Notes under the pieces: generated by a model
Database searches by the model: none
Told to the model about the DNA's origin: nothing
Seen by the model: the letters and a program-made list of their open reading frames with translations, nothing else
Assembly (NCBI RefSeq): GCF_036960985.1
Contig: NZ_JBALWD010000016.1
Span: 3,998-67,997 of the forward strand
Reading direction: 5' to 3'
Origin: Sneathiella sp.
GTDB taxonomy: Bacteria > Pseudomonadota > Alphaproteobacteria > Sneathiellales > Sneathiellaceae
DNA length: 64,000 bases
In this document: one piece after another, positions 1 to 9,371 of the stretch
Layout: each line of letters opens with the position of its first letter
Numbering within the stretch: position 1 is the stretch's first letter
Translations under genes and position numbers: made by a program

Positions 1-322
1 CCTTGAAGCGGTCCAACTTGCGGAGACTTTGGCGACACTTTCGGGTAGCTTCGGCTCTGGCGGTGGAATCACAGGATTTGTACGTAATACTTTGGGTGTA
101 GATGTTCTCAGTGCTGGTACGAATGCTGATACAGGTGCTGCCGAAGTCAGCGTCGGAAAATACGTCAATGACAACGTGTATGTTGGTGTGGATCAAGGGG
201 CAGAGGCCGGAAGCACTCGGGCAAAAGTTCAAATCGATCTCACTCCCAATCTGTCCCTCGAAACGGAGATGGGACAAACATCAGATAGTCGTGTGGGCAT
301 TTTCTGGAAATGGGATTACTGA
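1..322 (+). CDS. tamB: C-terminus of translocation/assembly module TamB (DUF490), truncated by the window start
   Basis: Beta-strand C-terminus (VSVGKYVNDNVYVGVDQG...DLTPNLSLETEMG...GIFWKWDY) typical of TamB. Confidence 0.8.
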   Translation, partial: LEAVQLAETLATLSGSFGSGGGITGFVRNTLGVDVLSAGTNADTGAAEVSVGKYVNDNVYVGVDQGAEAGSTRAKVQIDLTPNLSLETEMGQTSDSRVGIFWKWDY

Positions 323-402
323 TCTTTCGACTGCAAGTCGCCTGAGTTTAGACTTAATTCATTACTAGTCTCGGATATGGCTAAGTAAATTTTGGGGGTT
401 TT

Positions 403-1035
403 ATGTATTGGTTTTTATGGGCGCGCAGATCTTTTTTAAACTCGAAAACGTATGTTCTCGCAGGTGTGGCAATGATGTATATGTTTGTCGGAATTGCACC
501 TGCATTTGCCGATCCTCCGCCTTGGGCGCCAGCTTGGGGGTATCACGGAAAGCAAAAAGGCAAGAATAAACAAAAGCACAAAGGAAAGAAAACGCACTAT
601 GCCGTACCTCCCGCGGTGCCGTTTGGTATCGGCAGGGGAGATTGCAATAGGGAACTCCTTGGAAGCGTACTTGGTGCAACTATTGGCGGCGTCGCCGGTT
701 CCCAAGTAGGTAAGGGGAGCGGTCAGCTGGTCGGCGTTGCTGGCGGTGCCATAATCGGTTATTTGATCGGCGGCAGTATCGGCCGATCCATGGATGAAAT
801 CGACCAAAACTGTATTGGCCAAGTGCTTGAGCACGGGGAAGATGGCCAGGATATCGTCTGGAATAATCCGCGAAATGGTGCAATATATGAGGTAAGCCCG
901 AGTAAAACCTACCAGGAAGATAACGGTGAGTATTGCCGGGAATACACAGCTCAATCTGACGTTAATGGTCAGATACAAACCACATACGGTAGAGCTTGCC
1001 GTCAGGAAGACGGCACCTGGAAAATCAAAAACTGA
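403..1035 (+). CDS. 17 kDa surface-antigen-like outer membrane protein (glycine zipper 2TM + RT0821/Lpp0805-type C-terminus)
   Basis: Signal-like N-terminus, PPWAPA motif, glycine zipper LGSVLGATIGGVAGSQVG, C-terminal YCREY...YGRACRQEDGTWKI. Confidence 0.85.
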   Translation: MYWFLWARRSFLNSKTYVLAGVAMMYMFVGIAPAFADPPPWAPAWGYHGKQKGKNKQKHKGKKTHYAVPPAVPFGIGRGDCNRELLGSVLGATIGGVAGSQVGKGSGQLVGVAGGAIIGYLIGGSIGRSMDEIDQNCIGQVLEHGEDGQDIVWNNPRNGAIYEVSPSKTYQEDNGEYCREYTAQSDVNGQIQTTYGRACRQEDGTWKIKN

Positions 1036-1138
1036 GGGACTAAATAGAAATTCTTTAGTGCCTTTGTGCATTTGAGAATTATACTGGTCGAGGTCAAAAA
1101 ATACATATGCAACGCATATGACAAAAAGGGGACCTTCG

Positions 1139-1930
1139 ATGAGTTATGAGTTTATTTCCGTTTCGACAGCTGAGCATGTGACCCGGATCACCCTCGATCG
1201 GCCAGAGGTTATGAATGCCATCAACAAACCGATGCATGCTGAAATGCAAGCGGCGTTGGATGACTTTGCCGCGGACACAGATCAATATATATGCGTTATA
1301 ACCGGCCGAGGTGATCGCGCTTTCTGCGCGGGCAGTGATTTGAAAGCAATCGCGGAAAGTGATGGGCTTAAACGGCATGTTTACCCGAAAAACGGTTATG
1401 CCGGATTGATCGAACGCTATGACCTCGACAAGCCGGTCATTGCTGCGGTCAATGGTGTCGCCCTCGGTGGTGGTTTTGAGATTGCCTTGGCATGTGACAT
1501 TATAATTGCCACGGAAAATGCACGATTTGGTTTGCCCGAACCTTTAGTCGGTGCGGTTGCTATAGGCGGTGGTATGCATCGATTAGCCCGGCAAATTGGC
1601 CTTAAGCAGGCAATGGGTTTGATTCTCAGTGCAGATAGTGTTGACGCGGTAAAAGGTGAAAGCCTGGGGTTCGTAAATGAAGTCGTTGCCCAGGAAAATC
1701 TGGAAGATGCGATAGAGCGTTGGTGTAAGTCCATCCTTCGATCTGCCCCTTTAGCTATCCGGGCGTCGAAAGAAACTGTCATGCGAGGCTTGGACGAAAC
1801 AAGTCTGGAAGCTGCGATGGCCGGACAAGCGAACTATCCTGCATTCAGTACCTGGCGTAATGCAGAGGACACGTTGGAAGGACCTAAAGCCTTTGCTGAA
1901 AAACGCAAGCCCAACTGGAAAGGAAGATAG
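1139..1930 (+). CDS. Enoyl-CoA hydratase/isomerase (crotonase family)
   Basis: AFCAGSDLK, KPVIAAVNGVALGGGFEIALACD, FGLPE motifs; start at ATG 1139 preferred over 1118. Confidence 0.92.
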   Translation: MSYEFISVSTAEHVTRITLDRPEVMNAINKPMHAEMQAALDDFAADTDQYICVITGRGDRAFCAGSDLKAIAESDGLKRHVYPKNGYAGLIERYDLDKPVIAAVNGVALGGGFEIALACDIIIATENARFGLPEPLVGAVAIGGGMHRLARQIGLKQAMGLILSADSVDAVKGESLGFVNEVVAQENLEDAIERWCKSILRSAPLAIRASKETVMRGLDETSLEAAMAGQANYPAFSTWRNAEDTLEGPKAFAEKRKPNWKGR

Positions 1931-1937
1931 TCAGCGT

Positions 1938-2378
1938 TCAGCTGGTGACCCGCCGCCAGAGCAGATGATGTTCGTAAATATTTCCGGACTTTGTCGTCTC
2001 CGGCTTGGTTTTAAGCAATAGGTCTTTCCCTTGCTTCTCCATAGTTCTGACCAGTGGATGACCAATCCAATGAGCAATTGTTGAGACAATAACGTCATGG
2101 CTGACGCGATCTCCTTCCAAATGGTAGGTGCCACCATAAGCAAGGCTGGTGTCTGCGGTTGCGGATGCGCCATGGGGCGCGCTCTCAAAATCCGCCCTCA
2201 TAAGGAATCCGGACATGCGGCCATCTGCCGAGTAAATGATCTGGCCTTTGGCGTTCTCGCCCATGGGATACCCGTCAGGCTTGCCATTTTTGACTGAAGT
2301 CCAGGTTACTAAGGTCCAACTGCCTATTAACTCATCAACGGTCATCATGGTCGCATATACCCCTGTATTGTTTTTCAT
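1938..2378 (-). CDS. Lipocalin-like domain protein
   Basis: LIGSWTLV...GQIIYSADGRMS...AYGGTY...L.W.RV pattern. Confidence 0.75.
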   Translation of the reverse strand: MKNNTGVYATMMTVDELIGSWTLVTWTSVKNGKPDGYPMGENAKGQIIYSADGRMSGFLMRADFESAPHGASATADTSLAYGGTYHLEGDRVSHDVIVSTIAHWIGHPLVRTMEKQGKDLLLKTKPETTKSGNIYEHHLLWRRVTS

Positions 2379-2516
2379 ATTCTATCAGGTGTCGCGGAGC
2401 GGTGAAACCCGTTTGTATTGACGATCACTTGTTGTTCATTCCACGACCTAGTAGTCTTTTTTAGGCGAACCATTATTGGTCAAATATCATGATGAACTTG
2501 AAGGCTATGTGAACAA

Positions 2517-3140
2517 ATGAAACGAATATGTTTTGTCGGCGCTTCAACAACCGAAGGACAGGGGGACGAAACAGGGCAAGGTTGGCCGGGCCGCCTGAGT
2601 GCACCTCTTCGGGATAAAATTGCTCCGTATAATTTGGGTGTAAGCGGACAATTGCTTGGCGAAATCCGTCGGCGCGCGGCTGCCGAGTGCGCGGCACGTA
2701 TCTTGGATTCGGATCAGGGCGGTATCGTTTTTTGCAGCGGGATGAATGATATTGCGCGCCATCAAGGTCTCTCCCGGACTCCGATCCGTCGTGTTATTCA
2801 AACTTTTGAGACGTTATTAAATGATTTAGAAGCGATCGCGCCCCTAATTGTTATCGGACCCTTTCCAGTCTATACGCCAAAAATGCCTTACCATTCAGAA
2901 GTGTCCGGGCTTGAATTGGATTTTCGAAATGAAGATATAGAAGAAACGAATACAATTTACCAAGGCCTCTGTGAAATGCATTCGGTACCCTACTTATCGA
3001 TTTTCCCCGACCTCATGGAAAGTGACCTCTATGGCCACTCTTTGAAGGAAGGGGACGGGCTGCATCCGGGCGGTGACGGATATCAATTGGTGGCCGAAAA
3101 AATTGCAGATTGGCCGGCTTGGAAAACACTTATCACTTAG
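2517..3140 (+). CDS. SGNH/GDSL-family hydrolase
   Basis: Block I VGASTTEG, NLGVSGQ, GMND, DGLHP catalytic motif. Confidence 0.88.
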   Translation: MKRICFVGASTTEGQGDETGQGWPGRLSAPLRDKIAPYNLGVSGQLLGEIRRRAAAECAARILDSDQGGIVFCSGMNDIARHQGLSRTPIRRVIQTFETLLNDLEAIAPLIVIGPFPVYTPKMPYHSEVSGLELDFRNEDIEETNTIYQGLCEMHSVPYLSIFPDLMESDLYGHSLKEGDGLHPGGDGYQLVAEKIADWPAWKTLIT

Positions 3141-3163
3141 AGTCAGAGACAAGGAAGAGGGCA

Positions 3164-3574
3164 ATGTTTGCAATAAAACACCTAGACCATCTGGTATTGC
3201 GGGTCACCGATATTCAGCAAATGATGGATTTCTATATTGAGATACTTGGATGTAAGCTGGAAAAAACCAACGAACAGGCGGGACTGTATCAACTAAGAGC
3301 GGGCGGTAGCCTCATTGACCTTGTGCCAATCGACGGAAACATAGGACGTATGGGCGGGGCGGCACCCGGCAAAGAAGGCCGTAATCTGGATCATTTTTGC
3401 CTGTCTATCGAGCCTTTTGATGCGGAAGAGTTGAAATCTTTCCTGCGGGGGAAAGGCGTTGACCCCGGAGAAGTTCAACAAAGATACGGCGCGGAAGGAA
3501 ACGGGCCGTCCCTTTACCTGACGGACCCGGAAGGAAATGTCGTCGAACTGAAAGGGCCATCGTCCGGAAATTAG
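3164..3574 (+). CDS. VOC/glyoxalase family protein
   Basis: LDHLVLRV, LDHFCL, SLYLTDPEGNVVELK; ATG 3164 follows GGAAGAGG. Confidence 0.9.
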   Translation: MFAIKHLDHLVLRVTDIQQMMDFYIEILGCKLEKTNEQAGLYQLRAGGSLIDLVPIDGNIGRMGGAAPGKEGRNLDHFCLSIEPFDAEELKSFLRGKGVDPGEVQQRYGAEGNGPSLYLTDPEGNVVELKGPSSGN

Positions 3575-3619
3575 CGCGTTTTCGTTTCGCCCAGACAATA
3601 GCAATAGAGGAAGATCAAG

Positions 3620-4072
3620 ATGAACCGGCTTATAGGCGCGTTGATTGTGGGTGTTGGGATGGGAATAGCCGCGATGGCCGCCGCTGAGACCGCCGAACAA
3701 AAAGTCATGGAGCAAGCGCGTAAAGATTGCAGCAGCTTTGAAAATGGCGTGATGGCGATGACACGCAAGGCTATCCCAAGGATCGACTTAACAGGGGACG
3801 GCGTCCCAGACACAATCATTGACGCGCATGAATTTCGCTGTTCTACGGCCGCCTCAATGTATTGCGGAACGGGAGGCTGCAGTCTTTGGGTCATTGTTGG
3901 GGATAAAAGCTATGCTTATCTGGCAAAAGGCTGGAAGGTCGTAGAATGGGCCAATTTTAAGGTATTATTGTTGGACGTACATGGTTCCGAATGCGGCGGC
4001 ACAAATCTTCGGAAATGCGTGCGCGCCGAAGTCTGGACTGAAGACGGATTTTACAGTGTTGACGCCCAGTGA
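3620..4072 (+). CDS. Secreted cysteine-rich hypothetical protein
   Basis: Signal peptide, DLTGDGVPD and CGTGGC motifs, six Cys; RBS GAGG upstream. Confidence 0.7.
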   Translation: MNRLIGALIVGVGMGIAAMAAAETAEQKVMEQARKDCSSFENGVMAMTRKAIPRIDLTGDGVPDTIIDAHEFRCSTAASMYCGTGGCSLWVIVGDKSYAYLAKGWKVVEWANFKVLLLDVHGSECGGTNLRKCVRAEVWTEDGFYSVDAQ

Positions 4073-4104
4073 TTAATTGACAAATTCATCGCGGAAGGAA
4101 ATTA

Positions 4105-4362
4105 ATGGCCTGCCGATTTTTGGTAATCACGTTTGCGATCCTGTATGCCGTTGCGCTCGGCTTGTTTTTGATTGGTACCTATGGTTGGTTCGGACAGGAT
4201 ACGGGTCCGTTGGCAGGAATATTCCTCATACCTCTTGGTCTGCCATGGTCTTTAATTGAAGTTCCTGACGCGATGCTCTTGCCTGTGGCAGTAGGCTCCC
4301 CGTTCTTAAATCTGATTATTTTGTGGGTTATTTGCCGGCTAATCCGCAAAAGGCTCACATGA
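4105..4362 (+). CDS. Small membrane protein
   Basis: 85 aa with three hydrophobic segments; AAGGA upstream. Confidence 0.6.
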   Translation: MACRFLVITFAILYAVALGLFLIGTYGWFGQDTGPLAGIFLIPLGLPWSLIEVPDAMLLPVAVGSPFLNLIILWVICRLIRKRLT

Positions 4363-4367
4363 AACAA

Positions 4368-5000
4368 CTAAGGATAAAGAGGGTTTCGTGTATCGGTAAG
4401 GAGTTTCCCTCCAATTCCGATAAAACAGATTCCGGCGGCGCGCTCAATCCAATGGCTGGTTTTTGCGAAGCGTTCGACAACAGGCTTCGACGACATGAAC
4501 AAACTGACAATGGCATACCAACATAGCGCGGACGTAAATACCAATCCAATGATCAGCATCAATAACCAGACAGGTGTTTCCGATGTAACGGCCGTCGCGA
4601 AAACGCTGCTAAATATAACAATCGCTTTGGGGTTGGTGAGCGTAACGAGAAATCCAAAGAAAAAGGGGTTTGAAGCCGGTTTCTTCTCCGGCTCCGAAAT
4701 ATCAATCTGAACTGGTTTTGCAAATAACAGCCGCAAACCCAAATAGATCAGGTAGCTTGCGCCGAGAATACGAATGGACCAGGCGAGCCATTCATACTGC
4801 ACCAGGATAGCTGACAATCCAAGCAGGCTTAATCCAGCGTAGGCCAACAGTCCCAAAGACACGCCTAACGTTGTCATCAGCCCGGCGCGCGTGCCGCCCT
4901 TAATCGACGAACGAACAACCGCAACGAAATCCGGACCGGGGAGCATCAAAGCCGGGAGGAAAATCCCGAAGATACTTAATAAGACAACGAAGGGATCCAT
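4368..5000 (-). CDS. LysE/RhtB family exporter
   Basis: PGPDFVAVV, GASYLIYLG, GFLVTLTNPKAIV. Confidence 0.92.
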   Translation of the reverse strand: MDPFVVLLSIFGIFLPALMLPGPDFVAVVRSSIKGGTRAGLMTTLGVSLGLLAYAGLSLLGLSAILVQYEWLAWSIRILGASYLIYLGLRLLFAKPVQIDISEPEKKPASNPFFFGFLVTLTNPKAIVIFSSVFATAVTSETPVWLLMLIIGLVFTSALCWYAIVSLFMSSKPVVERFAKTSHWIERAAGICFIGIGGKLLTDTRNPLYP

Positions 5001-5003
5001 AGA

Positions 5004-5390
5004 CTATCCCCGTTTGTAAGTTATTTTACGAACCAGCTTGCCGTTTTCGAAATGTAAAAGATCAAGGCCCATCATGGTTTTTTCCTTGTCGGCCCCCTCG
5101 CCGTGAAACATATGTAAGGTCCAGCTGTCCATAACCTTTCCAGTTTCTTCATCGATAAACCGGTCGTCACCGGCAAAGAGGATTTTGCCGATACTGCCGT
5201 CAAGGACGGGTTCAAAAGCTTTGGAAATCGCTGTTTTCCCCTCATGGGATTTTCCGTAGGCATCTTTGTAAACAGCATGATCGGAAAAAAAACTCATGAC
5301 GTCCGCCATGCTTTGCCGGTTAAACGCGTCGACAAAACGGTCTGCTAGATCTGAAAGTTCCGCACGGCTCTGTAAAGTTGTAGTGCTCAT
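5004..5390 (-). CDS. SnoaL-like / NTF2 family protein
   Basis: FVDAFNRQ...FFSDHAVY...GLDLLHFENGKLVRK; ATG 5390 with GGAG RBS. Confidence 0.8.
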   Translation of the reverse strand: MSTTTLQSRAELSDLADRFVDAFNRQSMADVMSFFSDHAVYKDAYGKSHEGKTAISKAFEPVLDGSIGKILFAGDDRFIDEETGKVMDSWTLHMFHGEGADKEKTMMGLDLLHFENGKLVRKITYKRG

Positions 5391-5415
5391 GGTTTTCTCC
5401 TCTGGTTGCTGTAGG

Positions 5416-6279
5416 CTACAATCCCATTTGGCGCAGAATTGCCAGGACCAGCGGGTCGTCTGGATCATGTAGCCTGTTTGTTATGTCAAAATGGTTATCC
5501 GTGCGCAGCGCCATATACTCACAAGAGAGCTCGGCCTTTCTGCATTTTTCCGTGAAATCCTGCGACTGGCGCAAAAAAGAGCCCGATTCCCCGCCGCCGA
5601 CCGCGCAAATAACCGGACAGGCGCAGTGCAGTTCCAGGTTTTGCGGGCTGTTGGCCAATGCCTCTTCTTTCGTTAAATGAATATCGTCCTGCAAATCAGT
5701 ATATCTGTGCGGCATAATATCGAACAGGCCACTTAACGGAGAGGCACCCTTTAATAAATTGGCGGGCATTCCGTACTGTTCCGCCCAGTCCGTTGCCATC
5801 ATCATGCCGGTCAAATGGCCGCCAGCGGAGTGGCCGGACAGAAACAGTAAGTCAGGATCTCCGTTATAGTCGGAAATATTCTCGTAGATCCATTTCAGTG
5901 CCTGCCGCATCTGGTCGACAATATCCGGTATCGTGACGGCGGGACATAAGTCATAATTTGGTAGAACAACCGTCGCGCCGGCGTTGTTAAATACGGGCGC
6001 AATCTCACTGTACAATGCCTTGTCCCAGCCGCGCCAATAACCACCATGGATAAAAATGAAAACCGGGGCCCCGGTGGCTGCGGCTGGAAAAATGTCGACA
6101 GTTTGCAGACTTGAGGATCCATAGACGACATCAATATGGCCGAGGCCTTCCTCGCGTGCCCGCGCACTCCGGATACCGGCATTCTCCTTATAATCTGCCA
6201 TGTTGGAAACCGTACGGCTCGGTAGGTACTGCACGTTTAGGGCTTCTATTTCGTCCTTATTGAGATTATCATATCCCAT
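5416..6279 (-). CDS. Alpha/beta hydrolase, arylformamidase (kynurenine formamidase)-like esterase
   Basis: HGGYW oxyanion motif, GHSAG nucleophile, C-terminal HF. Confidence 0.85.
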   Translation of the reverse strand: MGYDNLNKDEIEALNVQYLPSRTVSNMADYKENAGIRSARAREEGLGHIDVVYGSSSLQTVDIFPAAATGAPVFIFIHGGYWRGWDKALYSEIAPVFNNAGATVVLPNYDLCPAVTIPDIVDQMRQALKWIYENISDYNGDPDLLFLSGHSAGGHLTGMMMATDWAEQYGMPANLLKGASPLSGLFDIMPHRYTDLQDDIHLTKEEALANSPQNLELHCACPVICAVGGGESGSFLRQSQDFTEKCRKAELSCEYMALRTDNHFDITNRLHDPDDPLVLAILRQMGL

Positions 6280-6418
6280 TATATTCTCTTTATTGGTTTG
6301 AGGATTAATTATAGTATTGCATATTTATTGGAGCGGAGGCAATTTCGCAAATCTACCATTTTGACATTATTTTCAGGATTTAAATCTTGTTGTTTACGCT
6401 ACGTTTTATTGTCGGCGA

Positions 6419-6434
6419 TTAAGGCCTCATTAAC
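6419..6434 (+). promoter_or_regulatory. Putative CtrA binding box (TTAA-N7-TTAAC)
   Basis: TTAAGGCCTCATTAAC matches the full consensus; about 93 bp upstream of the TAXI start. Confidence 0.6.
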
Positions 6435-6526
6435 TCAAACCCACTATCTTTGGTTGCGAATAAGAGATCACCTGAAAAATCAAAGGCAGTTCGGACTTCA
6501 GAGCTCGTCAAAGTTGGGAAAGTAAT

Positions 6527-7546
6527 ATGCGTTCAAAATCAGTCATCGGTGCGGGAATTTTTCTTGCAGTAACGTTTATGATGACAGGAGCTTTGGCTGT
6601 TGAAAGCAATATCTTTCGAATTGGAACAGGCGGGATCAGTGGGACATATTATCCAGTCGGTCAGGCGATAGCGACGATGATTTCAAATCCTCTCGACAAA
6701 AAAGAATGTGGCGATATACCCTGTGGTGTCTCTGGTTTACTGGCTGTAGGGCAGGCCTCTAATGGATCTGTTGCAAATATCGCAGGTATCCAATCAGGCC
6801 AAATCGAAAGTGGTTTTTCGCAATCAGATATAGCTCATTGGGCACGGACTGGAACCGGTTTCTATAACGGAGAAGTGCCAAACACAAACATTATGGCTTT
6901 TGCCAGTCTGTATACAGAAAGTATCCATCTGGCCGTGCGTCAAGATTCAGGTATTAAATCGATTTATGACTTGGTCGGAAAACGTGTGTCACTTGACGAT
7001 CCAGGATCTGGAACCCTTGTCGATACGCGCATTATTTTGAATGCATACGGTGTTTCCGAGGCGGATATGGATGTTCAATATGTCAAGGCATCGGAAGCCA
7101 TAAAGAAAATGAAGGCTGATCAACTGGATGCGTTTTTTGTGATCGCAGGGTTTCCGTCGAAAGCCATTACCGATTTGAGCAATGACACTCAAATCTCCTT
7201 GATAGATATTGACGGTGATGCTGCTTCGAGAATTACACGTGACAATGAGTTCTTTTCTGAGCAAATCATACCGGCCGGGACATATCAAAATATCGATGAT
7301 GTGCAAACGCTAGGTGTTGGCGCCTTGTGGGTTGTAAATAAAAATGTTAGCACGGAACGGGCCTACAAAATCACCAGAAAATTCTGGGAGAGTTTACCGG
7401 ATTTCAAAAAATTTGGGGGACATCCTAAATTATCAAAAATTTCTCTTGAGACCGCGTTTCAGTCAATGAGCGTGCCGTTGCACCCGGGAGCTCGAAAATA
7501 TTATGAGGAAACTGGGCTTTTGAACGAAAAAATATTGCGGAATTAG
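6527..7546 (+). CDS. TAXI-family TRAP solute-binding protein (BCSP31-like)
   Basis: IGTGGISGTYYPVG, SNGSVANI, LYTESIHL, DAFFVIAGFP, PLHPGARKYY. Confidence 0.93.
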   Translation: MRSKSVIGAGIFLAVTFMMTGALAVESNIFRIGTGGISGTYYPVGQAIATMISNPLDKKECGDIPCGVSGLLAVGQASNGSVANIAGIQSGQIESGFSQSDIAHWARTGTGFYNGEVPNTNIMAFASLYTESIHLAVRQDSGIKSIYDLVGKRVSLDDPGSGTLVDTRIILNAYGVSEADMDVQYVKASEAIKKMKADQLDAFFVIAGFPSKAITDLSNDTQISLIDIDGDAASRITRDNEFFSEQIIPAGTYQNIDDVQTLGVGALWVVNKNVSTERAYKITRKFWESLPDFKKFGGHPKLSKISLETAFQSMSVPLHPGARKYYEETGLLNEKILRN

Positions 7547-7556
7547 GGCCAGATTA

Positions 7557-9371
7557 ATGATTAAAGCCTGGCTTTCAAAGCTCAACGAAAAAATCGAATC
7601 TAAAAATATTCCTGAATGGAACAATGCCTATGTTGCGGGTATTTTTTGCCTGTCATTGTTTGTGATAGCGACGATTACTTACGTACAAGTTACGTTGTCG
7701 AAAATCGAGGAATCCGTTCCGTTACAGATTGTGGCTCAGGAGCAAGCGGTCGACGACATAATTGATCAGTTCGCCGTCGCCAATAATGCCCTGGTCTTGG
7801 CCCAGCTTGCTGAAGGTCAAAAGCGGATGGAATATATCGATCTTGCACGGAAAAAAATCCAACAGGTACACGCTGCTTTGGAAAAAGAACGTATCCAGTT
7901 CGGTTTTGATAACCTTATCGGCACGGCGGCAATCTATGCGGTCATACAGCCGGCAACATTTGATGTTCAAAACTGGCTTGAAAAGGGGATCAGTGGCTTG
8001 CCGCCTGAAGCATTGGTCGTGCTTGAAACGGCTTCAGTCCGATCGCGCGCCGCAATTGATGAAGCTGAAAATTTACACAATCAAGTAACGGAAACAGCCT
8101 CAAATCTATTGGCGATGCAAGCGGAAAAGATCAATGCGTTTCGCGGCATTATGATCCTTGTTCTATTCCTTCTAGCCGGACTTGCAACAGTCCTGACTTA
8201 CTATATCTACAATAGGTGGTTGGCCAGCCGCGAGCTGGAAAGAAGTGAGCTAAAACATCGACGTATTTACGAGAATGCGACCGAAGGTATTTTTCAGGTA
8301 AATATGAATGGCACGTTTATCGATACTAATCCCGCTATGGCCACTATGCTTGGCTATAGTTCATCGTCGGAGATGGTGGAGAATGTTAAATCTTTCATCG
8401 ACGAAATTTATCTGGATGTCGAGGTCGCTGAAAAACACCTGATGCTGCTGACCAAGGGTCAATATCTAATTGACGAAATCTATCAGTGGCGGCGTAAAGA
8501 TGGATCGTTTATTTGGGGGGCGCTTAACGCCCATGCCGTTTATGATAAAAAAGGCGCCTTGTTGCATGTCGAAGGAACCTTGACGGATATGAATGCGCGG
8601 GTGCGCGCAGAACTGAATTTACGCAAAGCCAAAGAATTGGCCGAACTGGCTAATCGTGCCAAGTCCGAATTTCTGGCAAACATGAGTCATGAACTTCGAA
8701 CACCGCTGAATGCCGTAATTGGGTTTTCGGAAATTTTGCAGTCTGAAGCTTTCGGGCCTTTGGGACATGCAAACTATAAAGACTACTCAAATGATATTCA
8801 TGCAGCCGGTAAGCATTTGTTGGATGTGATCAACGATGTTCTCGATGTTGCCAAGATTGAGGCGGGGCAACTCAATCTGTCCGAAAGAAATATGGATCTG
8901 TCGGCAACGGTTACCTCTTGTATTCGCATGCTCTCCGTGCGGGCCTTCGACGCCGGCGTCAAATTGAGCTCCGATATTCCGTCAGATATGCCAGGCTTCC
9001 TGGGAGATGAAACACGCATAAAGCAGATCCTTGTAAATATAGCCTCGAACGCAATCAAATTCACCGACAAGGGTGGATCCGTCACGGTTGCCGCAGAGAT
9101 CGGGGACGGCGGCGGAATAACCTTGCGCGTGACCGACACAGGTATCGGCATCGCGAAGAAAGACATTCCCCGGGTTCTTGATCGTTTCGGGCAGGTTCAA
9201 ACCACCTATGCCCGCAACAACGATGGAACGGGTCTCGGGTTGACGTTAGTTCAGATGTTGGTCGAAGTGCATGGTGGCAAGTTCACCTTGGAAAGCGAAG
9301 TCGATGTCGGAACGGAATGCAGTATTCACTTTCCACCCGAGCGCACGGTCCGCTTGGCAGCGGCTGTCTAA
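7557..9371 (+). CDS. Membrane-bound PAS sensor histidine kinase, PleC/DivJ-like
   Basis: Two TM segments around a helical periplasmic domain, PAS, H-box FLANMSHELRTPLNAVIGFSE, N box NAIKFT, DTGIGI, GTGLGL. Confidence 0.92.
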   Translation: MIKAWLSKLNEKIESKNIPEWNNAYVAGIFCLSLFVIATITYVQVTLSKIEESVPLQIVAQEQAVDDIIDQFAVANNALVLAQLAEGQKRMEYIDLARKKIQQVHAALEKERIQFGFDNLIGTAAIYAVIQPATFDVQNWLEKGISGLPPEALVVLETASVRSRAAIDEAENLHNQVTETASNLLAMQAEKINAFRGIMILVLFLLAGLATVLTYYIYNRWLASRELERSELKHRRIYENATEGIFQVNMNGTFIDTNPAMATMLGYSSSSEMVENVKSFIDEIYLDVEVAEKHLMLLTKGQYLIDEIYQWRRKDGSFIWGALNAHAVYDKKGALLHVEGTLTDMNARVRAELNLRKAKELAELANRAKSEFLANMSHELRTPLNAVIGFSEILQSEAFGPLGHANYKDYSNDIHAAGKHLLDVINDVLDVAKIEAGQLNLSERNMDLSATVTSCIRMLSVRAFDAGVKLSSDIPSDMPGFLGDETRIKQILVNIASNAIKFTDKGGSVTVAAEIGDGGGITLRVTDTGIGIAKKDIPRVLDRFGQVQTTYARNNDGTGLGLTLVQMLVEVHGGKFTLESEVDVGTECSIHFPPERTVRLAAAV

